Below are positions 45,738-59,112 of a stretch of 64,000 nt of DNA, piece after piece (the first letter of the stretch is position 1; each line of letters starts with the position of its first letter). The notes below the pieces were generated by a model. The model did no database searches and had not been told where the DNA came from. It was given only the letters and a program-made list of their open reading frames with translations. The position numbers were made by a program, and so were the translations under genes. Origin of the DNA: the human T2T-CHM13v2.0 reference genome, Homo sapiens; assembly GCF_009914755.1 (NCBI RefSeq), contig NC_060927.1; one strand, written 5' to 3'.

Positions 45738-47652
45738 CGCCAATGGGTGAAATCCAAAGCAGCAGCTGGTGTATCCATTAACATTCTCAAAACAGGATGC
45801 ATCTGGACCCCTGTGTGCAATCTTCATAGCACACAGACACTAAATAGAAAGGCAGTCATTGCTGCCAAACAGGACCCAAATGCCACACACAGTGCAATGA
45901 AGCTATAAGCTCCCTATGGAGAGAAAAGTAGACAAATAAAAAATATTCAATATCCAATCCAAGTCCACATTAAATCTTGATTCCAGAAACGTGCATTAAC
46001 CACTTCAAAGACTAAAATTTAAACCATCTTTTCTATAGCGATTTCCCATTTGGTTGGCAGGCATACAGGAGTAGAGAATGATTTAATTTACTTACAAGTA
46101 TTCAGAAAAGATAGTGACCTCTACATTCAACCAGCTACAGCAGCTTAGCACCCAGCCAAAGCCTGCATCTCTCCCACCTTAAGATTTAGTGGTTGGCTAG
46201 AATTAGCAGCATCCAGGCCACATCTATCTCTGCATTCTAAGTTTGCTTCCAAGATAAAGATACAAATGCAGGCTGGCTCCAACCTAGCCAGAGATCCCAG
46301 CCCCACTCTCTGCATCCCAAAATCCCTCAAAGACCCAAGAGACTTTCCAGATTTCTACAGTCTCCTCACAGGTTCCCATGACAGTTAAATGCCCTCTCTT
46401 TACCTCAACTAGCTGCAGGTAGAATATAATGGGTACAACAGAAAATCACTGTAAGTGTAATATGAAGATAAGCAGCCCTTTTAAGCATTTCATTATATTA
46501 CATCTAGCTTACTTCTAAGTGATTTATTCAGATGTGACTGAAGAAAGTCTAAAGGGAAAAAAAGCAATTTAATTTGATAAATTAAATTATCAATTATAGC
46601 CAAATTATTTGGCTATAACAAATTAAACATTTTAAGCAGACAGAAGATGCAAACATTTTAAGTTGACAGAAGATATAAAATGTTCACTATCAAAATGTCG
46701 CAACTGATAAAAATGTTCTCAAATATTTCTGTCTCAAACTTGTATTGTTCATTAAGGAAGCAAAATAGGTGAGACATACACAGCAACAACATCCCTCAAA
46801 AAACACCTTGGCTCATTCCTATAAGCCAGGCAGCAAATACATCATCCTTACATATGTTAATTACCTTACAATTTCAAATTCTCAACTGTGAAATAAAGGG
46901 CCATTTTATTTGGCTGCTTCCAGTTCAATATGACTGCTTTTATTAAAACATCTCTAACTTGAAAAATATTTGGTGTTTTCTAAAAAACTGCAAATTGCCA
47001 CAAATGGCCAGATAATTTGGAATAAACACCCTACAGAAAAAAATATATATTCAAGTTGCATAAGTCACTTTGAGCAATCCTTTGAAGATATTTCATTTAT
47101 ATCTAAATGAACCACAGGTTTAGCTGGCTTTTCCGGAAAACCAGAAGCAAATAATGTATGATTATAATGAAAACCATCTCAAGCAATTTTGAAATGAAGT
47201 ACCACATGTCTTATGCTGTCCCTTCCATGCACTTGACAAAACAGCCTATAACAAATTGTTTACTTTGAGATTTAGCAGGAAAATTCCATGAGGTTTAAAT
47301 GAGATGACTACTAATAAGCCATCTACCTTTGACTCTATTCCAATTAAAAATGGGTTAGGAAAGTGCTTTGAAAATCAAGTGTGTTCATCAGGGAATCATT
47401 TACCTAAGTCTTCTTAACACTGCTTAGTGAATATTAAGCCTGATATAGTAAATACACGCTAACCACTAAATTGAAGGGGAAAGAGGGAGAACAAAGAGAC
47501 ACGTAAAGTACACTTACTTTTTCTAGTAGGAAAAAGCCAATTAAAACTATCACCTATTAGTTTTATTGGAATCAGTCTTACAGGAGGTCAAACTTCCTAC
47601 TGTCGCTACCTATTCTCAATATTTTTCTTATTTCTTCCTAAACTTCTAGAGC

Positions 47653-47952
47653 CGTGCTGTCCAATAAATATGTGAGCCACATATGTAATTTTAAATGTAC
47701 TAGTAAACCCCATTAAAAGGTGAAATTAATTTTAAATATACTTAACTCAGTATGTCCCAAATAGTAATCATAGTAATAATTTTAACATGTAATCAATATA
47801 AAAAATTATCAAGCAGATATTCTACGCTGTTCTTCCCACTCCAATGACAAAATCCAGTATATATAACACAACACATCTCAATTAGGACTAGCCAGGATTT
47901 CAAGTGCTCAACAGTTACAGGTGGCTAGTGCCTACTGAATTGGACACTGCAG
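47653..47952 (+). mobile_element. MER33 (hAT-Charlie MITE)
   Basis: gctgtccaata...ttggacactgcag termini and internal consensus match. Confidence 0.8.
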
Positions 47953-48585
47953 TTTCAGTGCATTGAATTTCTATCCCACTTAGCGCTAATTAAAACTTCA
48001 CCCTCTCACCTGATAATTATGTTAAGATCTCAGAAAGTAACCCACTACAGGCAGTTTCAAGCCCTAATTTACCTCTAATTACTCTTACAGCAATGCAATG
48101 AATCATGATTTAAAATTTTAAAAAAAATTGCTGTTAAATTATTAGTCAAGAGCCCAGGGCAATGGACAGTAAAGAAATAATGTAGGCCATGGGCCGAGAT
48201 GACAAAACGGTCCTTTTATTTAAAGCTATAACAATAATCTGAAGCCAGCCCTGTAAAATAGACATCCATTGAAAAAGGCATGCTAGTTCTTTTGCTTTTT
48301 TGTGTACTTGGCCTCCTGTGTCCCTAAACAGATCTCTTCTCAGCAGGGTTTGCTCAGCAAGTCACTTGTTGAGTCTTGCGGTCAACAGAGGGCGTAGGGA
48401 ATGGCAGGGGCTGGCATAGGAGTGAGGGGGAGGAGACAAGGTGAGGGGGGCCAGGTGAGGAGGGGGGCACTTGAAAGGGAGTTCAAGACCAGCCTGGGCA
48501 ACATGGTGAGACCACCGCCCCTCACCGCTGCCATCTCTGGTCTCACTCTGGTCTCTCACACATGCACAAATTAAATTTAATTTAA

Positions 48586-48941
<356 letters not shown>

Positions 48942-49800
48942 GTATACATTCATTTTGTAGAACTATAGATCCCATGTAACTGGGAACTCTTTACTCTTCT
49001 AACACAACATTTATTTAGCCACAAATAAAAGACCAGTGATGTAGCCTGTACACAAAAAAGTAAGAAAACACTGGTTAGGCTGGGACAGGGGTAGGGGAAA
49101 GAGATCTACAAAATTAAAATTTTATTGGGAAGGATCACTAATTAGAATCAGAACAATTACTGCTTTAAAGTAGTTAAGAACAGAGCACAAGGAACCCAGA
49201 GAAGAAGCAGATATTATTCAGAGCAGAGCTTACAGAGCAGATGGTATCTGAGCCGAGACTGATAGAATAACATTAATAAGGGCATTCACGGCCATTTATT
49301 ATCACTTAACTACAATGCATTTTGTATAAGTTATTTCGACTCTTCATATCAACCATGGAAAATAATACTTATTCTTCTCTTTTGAAGTTAAAGAAGTGGT
49401 AAGTGGTCTAAGAAGATAAATTAACATACCAACACCATATAGCTCAAGTTCAGTGACTCAAGAGGGCCCGCGTCTCCCCAAGAGGTTGCTCAGCAGGCAG
49501 GCGAGGTAGAGAGCCCTTCCAAGAAGTGACAGTGAGATGTGAAAGGTCTCAGTGTGTCTCTGAGAACAACAGAAACCAGTATGTAGACCAAGTGGGAAAA
49601 GCCACGGAAGAGGCAGGGATTTCCTCTTAAGATAGCAAGAATAAACAGAGCAGGGCTGAGGGAAGCCATGGAAAACGGGCAGAATACCATGCACTTAGTG
49701 AGAAAAAAACAGCTTTTACTTTAGAAAGGGGGAAAGAATGGTGGTGGTCTAGGTAAGCCTAGAAGCAGAGGAAAGGGCAATGGAGAAAAAATAAACAAAA

Positions 49801-50202
49801 TGTATGAGTCAGGGTTCTCCAGAGGTACAGAACCAACAAGATACACGTATATGTATAAGGGAGTTTACGAGAGAGAATTGGTTCACACGGTTAGAAGGCA
49901 GTCCCACAATAGGCTGTCTGCCAGGTAGGGAAAGAGAGAAGCTAGTAGTGGCTCAGTCCAAGTCCAAAAGCCTCAAAACCAGGAAAGCCCGCAGTGCAGT
50001 CTTCAGTATGAGGCCGAGGGCCTGAGAGCCTCGGGAAAGCCGCTGGTGCAAGTCCGAGAGTCCAAAGGCATAAGAACCTGGAGTCTCATGTCCGAGGGCA
50101 GGAAGAAGGGAAGCAAGTGTCCTGCACGGGAAGAAGAAAAAAAGAGAGCCAGAAGCTTCAGCTAGCAAGGTTATCCCATCTTCCTCCGCCTGCTTTATTC
50201 TA
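49801..50202 (-). mobile_element. MLT2A/B (ERVL) LTR, truncated by the satellite
   Basis: TGTATGAGTCAGGGTTCTCCAGAGG.. terminus; ends at gcctgctttattcta. Confidence 0.8.
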
Positions 50203-52350
<2,148 letters not shown>

Positions 52351-52900
52351 GAATGAGTTTCTAGAATATATTTGAGGAGGGTGACGGGCGGTGTGTGCAT
52401 GCTTCATGGCCTTATTCAATTAAACACTCTGCTCTCAATTTATTGCTAAATCCTCCTTGAGCCCTTAGATTTCATAACGGTTGTCGTGACATTTTTCTGG
52501 ATGTAGAAAACGTTCCCATTTCTTGCCACCTCATGGGCTACACCTTGACCTAAAGTTTTTGTGTAGATACTTGTGCTTACTCTGCAGCCTTTCCAGGGTT
52601 TGCTGAAGATGGAGGTATTTAGGCTGGGCAAGAGGTGGTGAGGTAAATTGGGGTTTATCAATTATAGAACAGGCTCCTTTAGAGGGATATAAAGCACCGC
52701 CAAGTCCTTTGAGTTTTAAGCTGTTGCTTGTAGTGTTCTGGCGAACAGTTTTTTTGATCTAACTATTTGAGTTTAGAGTTAAGCATAGCGGGGTATCTAC
52801 TCCCAGTTTGGATCTTAGCTATTTTGTCTTCAGAATATTAAAGGCACCTTCGTAGTTATTTCAGCTGGGGTTTTTTTACAACTTTTTTACAACTTATTTA
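52351..52900 (-). pseudogene. MT-RNR1: NUMT: partial mitochondrial 12S rRNA
   Basis: Reverse complement contains CAAACTGGGAGTAGATACCCCGCTATGC and CACACCGCCCGTCACCCTCCTCAA. Confidence 0.95.
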
Positions 52901-52934
52901 GAAACTTTCAGGTTTCTAAATATATGAATGAACC

Positions 52935-53995
52935 ATAATATAAGCCTTGGCCAATACAATGCCGGTTAGGCCTCCTACTGTAAAAAGGAAAACAAATCCC
53001 CGGGCTCACAGCATTGCGGGGGAGCATTTGATATTACCGCCGTGAAGTGTAGCTAGCTAGTCAGCCAAAAACTTTGACGCTAGTAGGAATAGCAATAATT
53101 ATAATAGCAGAGGTGAAGCAGGCTCATGTATCCACATCTATCCCTACCGTAAATATACGGTGGGCCCATACAATAAACCGTAAGGATCCAACTGATCCTA
53201 TAGCTCACACTAGGCCCATATACCTGAATGGTTCTTTTCCAGAATAGTATGTTACGACGTGGGAAATTATCCCAAAGCCCAGTGGGATGAGGATGTAGAC
53301 TTCAGGGTGACCAAAGAATCTGAATAAATGCTGAAATAAGATAGGATCACCTCCGCCAGCCAGGTAGAAAAAAATAGTATTAAGATTGCAGTCAGTTAAC
53401 AATATAGTGATGCTGGCGGCTAGGACTCGGAGACAAAGGAGTAGAAGAACTGCTGTAATTAGGACTAATCAGATGAAGAGGGGTGTGTGATATTGGGACA
53501 TGGCTGGGGGTTTTATATTAACAATTGTGGTAATAAAGTTAATAGCCCCTGAAGTAGAAGAAACACCTGTCAAGTGGAGTGAAAAGATAGTGAAACCTAC
53601 AGAGGCGCCTGCATGTGTTAGGTTTCCTGCTAAGGGAGGAGAGACTGTTCAGCCGGTTCCAGTGCCGGCTTCTACTATAGTGGATGCAAGTAATAATAGG
53701 AAGGAGGGTGGGAGGAGTCAGAAGCTCATATTATTTATGCAGAGAAATGCTATATCGGGGGCGCCAATTATCGGGGGACTAATCAGTTGCCAAGACCTCA
53801 ATTATAGTATTACTATAAAGAAAATTATGACAAATGCATAGGCTATAACAATGACATAAATTTGATCATCTAGTAGAGTTCAGCTTGAATAAGGCTTAAA
53901 GCTGTACTGACTATCCCTGCTCATGTGCCAACTAATAAATATAATGTCCCGATATCTTTATGGTTGGTTGAGATTAGTCAACTGTCAGCCAACAT
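52935..53995 (-). pseudogene. MT-CO1: NUMT: COX1 5' part, with indels
   Basis: ATG at 53995, STNHKDIGTLY, and [23 protein letters not shown] (ORF 53205-53402). Confidence 0.95.
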
Positions 53996-54014
53996 AAATG
54001 AAGTGAGAAAAAAG

Positions 54015-54081
54015 GGTAAAATGACTGAGTAGGGCATTAGACTGTACATCTAAAAACAGAGGTCAACGCCTGTTTTTACCA
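54015..54081 (+). pseudogene. MT-TY: NUMT: mt tRNA-Tyr
   Basis: GGTAAAATGACTGAGT..ACTGTA..TTTTTACCA. Confidence 0.85.
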
Positions 54082-54140
54082 GTCCCAAGGTGATTTTCAT
54101 GTTGAATTGTAAATTCAAAGAAACAGCTTCAATCCTGCTT
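54081..54140 (+). pseudogene. MT-TC: NUMT: mt tRNA-Cys (anticodon GCA>GTA)
   Basis: GGTGATTTTCATGTTGAATTGTAAATTC. Confidence 0.8.
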
Positions 54141-54173
54141 CTCTCACCTTTTTTCCCCCAGCGGCTGGAGAAG
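54141..54173. other. NUMT: decayed light-strand origin (OL) hairpin
   Basis: ctctcacc-ttttttcccc-cagcggctggagaag between tRNA-Cys and tRNA-Asn. Confidence 0.75.
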
Positions 54174-54242
54174 TAGATTCAAACCAGTTGACTAGGGAGT
54201 TTAGCTGTTAAGTTTTCATGGGTTTAAGCCTCATCAATTTAG
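54174..54242 (+). pseudogene. MT-TN: NUMT: mt tRNA-Asn
   Basis: TAGATT..CCAGTTGACTAGGG..TTAGCTGTTAA. Confidence 0.8.
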
Positions 54243-54243
54243 T

Positions 54244-54286
54244 ACGGACTTAGCTTACTTAAAGTGATTGATCTGTATTCAATTGA
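54244..54286 (+). pseudogene. MT-TA: NUMT: mt tRNA-Ala, truncated
   Basis: CTTAGCTTACTTAAAGTGATTGAT. Confidence 0.75.
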
Positions 54287-54901
54287 CCAAGGGTGTTCTG
54301 TATCTGAGAAAGTACATTTCAGGGTCACCATACAACAACTGTTCAAAAAGGCCTCCAATATGGGACAGTCCTATTTATTATCTCAGAAATATTCCTCTTC
54401 ACTGGATTCTTTTGAGCATTCTACCATTCTAGCTTAGCCCCTACTCCAGAATTAGGAGGGCATTGACCCCCAACAGGTATTTCTCCCCTTGACCCCCTGG
54501 AAGTACCTCTCCTGAATCCATCTGTATTACTTGCATCAGGAGTTTCAATTACTTGAGCCCATCACAGCCTAACAAAAAATAATCAAAAACATGCAAGCCA
54601 AGCACTACCTATTACAATTATATTAGATATTTACTTCACCCTCCTACAAGTCTCAGAATACTTCAAAGCTCCCTTTGCTATTTCTGATGGTATTTATGGC
54701 TCAACATTTTTTTATAGCTACAGGCTTTCACAGAATTCACGTCATTATTGGATCAACGTTCCTCAATCTGCCTTCTCCGCCAATTAAAATACCACTTTAC
54801 AACTAGTCGTCACTTTGCCTTTGAAGCCGCTGCCTGATATCAACACTTTGTAGATGTAGTATGACTATTCTTGTATGTTTCTATTTATTGATGAGGATCT
54901 T
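54287..54901 (+). pseudogene. MT-CO3: NUMT: COX3 3' part
   Basis: GTTCAAAAAGGCCTCC..TGACCCCCAACAGG..TTTGAAGCCGCTGCCTGATA..TGATGAGGATCTT. Confidence 0.95.
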
Positions 54902-54962
54902 ACTCTTTTAGTATAAATAGTACCATGATTTCCAAAGTTTTGATAGCATCCGAAAAACAGTA
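54902..54962 (+). pseudogene. MT-TG: NUMT: mt tRNA-Gly
   Basis: ACTCTTTTAGTATAAATAGTACC..TTCCA. Confidence 0.85.
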
Positions 54963-55267
54963 ATTCACCTAACATTAACCCTAGTAATCAACACCCTATT
55001 AGCCCTGTTACTAATAATTATTACATTTTGGCTCCCACAACTTAATATATATATGTAGAGAGAGAGAAAAATATATATATATGTATAAAATAAATATATA
55101 TAGAAAAATCTAGCCCTTATGAATGCAGATTTGACCCTCTATCCTCTGCCCACATTCCCTTCTCCATAAAATTCTTTCTAGTAGCCATCACATTTCCCCA
55201 TTTGAGTTAGAACTCGCCCTACTACTACCCTTACTGTGAGCCCTTCAAACAATCTGATACTAATAAT
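54963..55267 (+). pseudogene. MT-ND3: NUMT: ND3 5' part with internal microsatellite
   Basis: ATCAACACCCT..CCACAACT..GAAAAATCTAGCCCTTATGAATG..TTCTCCATAAAATTCTT. Confidence 0.92.
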
Positions 55268-58200
55268 CCCTGCGATATGTGTAGTGACTTCATACTTCAC
55301 CTCCCCGGATATTACGGCCAATATCAGAGTGGAGTGTGCACCCCCTGCAATATGGGGAGTGATATCATCCTCTCCCCACTGGATGTTATGGACAATATCA
55401 CAGGAGGTTTACTTTCTCTGGGTTATGGGGAAAAATATCCTCCTGTCCCCGCCTGGATGTTAGACATATTTAGAGGGGGTTGTCCACCCCCTGTGATATG
55501 GGGAGTAGTAATATCCTCTCCTGCCCTGGATGTTATGGACAATATATAGGGAGATGTACAATCCCTTCGATATGGGGAGTAATATCATCCTCTTCCCCCT
55601 AAAAGTTACGAACAGTATCACAGGGGGGTGTACACCCCCTGCAATATCTGGAGTAGTATCATCCCCTCCTTCCCTAAATGTTACAGAGACTATCACAGGG
55701 GTGTGTACACCTTCTGAAACATGGGAATAATATTCTCTTCCCCTCTGGATGTTATTATGGACAACATTACAGCCGTGTGCACCCTCTATGATATGCAGAG
55801 TAATATCATCCTCTCCCCCCCGGATGTAAGTGACAATACCACAAACGGGTTTACATCCCCTGTGATATGGGGAGTAATATCATCCTCTTTCCCACTGGAT
55901 ATTAACAATATCACTTGGGGATGTACAACCCCTGTGATATTCGGAATAATATCTTCTAATCCACTGAAAATTATAAACAATATCACCAGTATACACTCCC
56001 TGTGATATTGGAAGTAATATCATCCTCTAATCCCCTAAAAATTATGAACAGTATCACAGGGGAGTGTATACTTCCTACTATATTGGGAGTAATATCATCC
56101 TGTCGTCTTCTAAATATTATGAACAATATTACAGGGGATGTAACACTCCCTGCGATATGTGGAGTAATATCATCCTCTCCTTCCCTAAATATTGTGAACA
56201 ATATCACAGGAGGTTGTACACAATCTGCGATATTGTTTGTAGTATCCAGTGGGAAAGAGCATGCTATTACTCCCCATATCACAGGGGGTGTACACCCCCA
56301 CTGTGATATATTCAATAACATCCAGAAGTAATATTACTGACAAAATTGCAGGGGGTGTAAACCCCACCTGTGATACCGTTCCTAATATCCCGGGGAAGAG
56401 AGGATGATATTATTCCCAATATTGCAGGGAGTGTACACCCACCCTATGATATTGTTATTAATACCCAGGAGGGGAGACAAGGGTATTACTCACAGTATCA
56501 AAGAGGTTGTACAGCCCCCCTGTGATAGTTTCTAATATCCAGGGGATGTATACCACCCTTGTGATATTGTTTCTAATATGTAGGGGGAAGGACAATATTT
56601 CTGTCCGTATCACAGGGGGTGTACAACAAGCCCCCCGGGATATCATTCCTAATATCCATGGGAAGAAGGAATATTATAATATCACAGAAGTTGTAAACCC
56701 CCTCTGTGATATTGTTCCTAATATCAAAGACAGAAGGGTATGATGTTCTTCCCAAAATCACAGGAAGTGTATACACACCCTGTGCTATTTTTCCTAATAT
56801 CGAGAGTGAGAGACAATGATACTTCCAATATCGTAAGGAGTGTACACTCTCCCCGTGATACCAGGTGGGGAAATGTTGATATTACTCCAAATGTCACAGT
56901 GGGTGTACACACGTTTTGCGATATTGTTCCTAATATCAAGTGGGGAGGAGGATTGTATTACTCCCACCATATTACTCCCCACACCCCATTATACTGTTCT
57001 TAATATCCAGATTTGGAGAGGATGATATTACTCCCAAAATCTCAGGAGGTGTAGACCCCTTCTGTGATACTGTTTCTTATATCCAGGGGAAGACTAGATG
57101 ATAGTACTCCCAACAGTGCAGGGTGTTACACGCCACCCCCCATGATATTGTCTCTAATATCAAGTTGGGGAGAGGGTGATATTGCTCCAAATAGTGTAAA
57201 GGGTGCACACCAGCACTGTGATATTATTCCTAGTATCCAGAGAAGGAGAGAATGGTATTATTTTTAATATCACAGAGGGTGCACACCCCCCTTGTGATAC
57301 TGCTCCTAACATCCAAGGGGTAGAGGATGAAATTACTCCCAATATCACAGTGGGTATACACCCCCCCGTGGTATTGTTCCTAATATCCAGGGGGTATAGG
57401 ACGATAGTACTATAAATATCGCAAGGGGTGTACACCCCTTCTGATATTGTTACTAATATCCTTGGGGGGAGTCGATGATATTACTTCCAATATCACAGGG
57501 CATGTACACCCCACTTGTGATATTGTTCCTAATATCCTGGGAGGAGACTACGATATTACTGGCAATATCGCAGGGTGTGTGTATTCCCGTGATATTGTTC
57601 CTAATGTCCAGCAAGGGAGAAAATATTACTCCCAATATGGCGGGGGTGTACACTTCCCATGCGATATCGTTCCTAATATCCATGGGGGAAAAGGATGATA
57701 TTACTCTAAATGGCGCAGGAGGTGTAAACCGCCCCTGTGATATTGTTCTCAATATCCATAGGGGGAGAGAATGATATTACTCCCAATATCACAGGTGGTG
57801 TACACCCCTCCTTTTATATTATTCCTAATATCCAGGTTGGGAGAGAATAATATTACAGGTAAAATAGCAGGGGGTGTACACTCTGCCTGTGATACTGTTC
57901 CTAATATCCCAGGGAAGAGTGGACAATATTACTCTCAATATCGCAGGATGTGTACACCCCCTTTGTGATATTGTTCCTAATATCCATAGGCGGAGAGGGT
58001 GATACCACTCCCAATAGTGCAGAAAAGGTACAGCCCCACTGTGATATCATTCCTAATATCCAGAGGGGACAGAATGATATTACTCCCAATATCAGAGAGG
58101 GCATACACCCCCTCCCCATGATATTGTTCATAATACCCAGGGGGTAGAGGATGATATTACTCCCAATATCGCAGTGGGTGTACACCCACCCTGTGATATT

Positions 58201-59112
58201 GTTCCCAATATCCATGTGGAAAGGGTATAAAGTTACTCCCAATATCACAGGGGTTGTACAACCCCCTTGTGATATTGTTCCTTATATTCGGGGGAGAGAC
58301 AATGATATAGCTGTCCATATTGCAGATGGTGTACCACCCCCTGGGAATTTGTTCCTAATATTCAGTGGGAAAGATGATATTAATTAAAATGTCACGGGGG
58401 GTATACAACCCCTTTGTGATATTATTCCTAATATCCAGGGAAAGAAAGAATATTATTCCCAATATCGCAGGGGATGTACACCCCTCTCTGATACTCTTTC
58501 TAATATCCCTTTGGGGAGTCTATAATATTACTGGCAATATCATAAGGAGTGTATACCCCCCGTTATATTGTTCCTTATATCCAGCAAGGGAGAAAATATT
58601 AATCCCAATATGGAACAGGGTGTAAACACCCATGAGGTATTGTTCCTAATATCCAGGGAGGGAAAGGATGATATTACTCCCAATGTTGCAGTGGTGTATA
58701 ACCCCCCGTGATATTGTTCCTAATATCTAGGTGAGGAAAGTACAGTATTACTCCCAATATAGCAGGGGTTTTACACCACCTTTGTGATATTGTTCTACAT
58801 ATCCATGGGGAAAGAAAATGATAGTACTCCACAATATCACAGGTGGTGTACAACCCCTTGTGATACTGTTTCTAATATCCATGTTGGGGGAGGATATTAC
58901 TCCCAATATTGCACGTGTTGCACAGACCCCCTTTGATATTGCTTGTACTATGCAGGACGTGGGGGGAGAGGATGATATTGGGAGTAATATCACCCTCTCT
59001 CCCCGGATAGTAAAAGCAATATTCAGGGTGGTCGACACTTCCTGCACTATTGAGTATAATATCCTCTCCCAACCTGGATATTAGGAACAATATCACAGGG
59101 GCATGTACACTC
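55268..59112. repeat. SATR1/SATR2-type satellite continued, with flips at ~56220 and ~58980
   Basis: Same unit; reverse to ~56220, forward to ~58980, then reverse again. Confidence 0.85.

Larger units (their letters stand above)
52351..55267. other. Composite NUMT (three non-contiguous mtDNA segments)
   Basis: 12S(-), COX1 plus tRNA Y/C/OL/N/A (-), COX3-tRNA-Gly-ND3 (+). Confidence 0.95.

Noticed and set aside
52351-55267. Functional mitochondrial rRNA, tRNA or protein genes, or mtDNA contamination
   Set aside because: The segments are fragmented, frameshifted, rearranged, diverged and embedded in nuclear satellite, so this is a NUMT.
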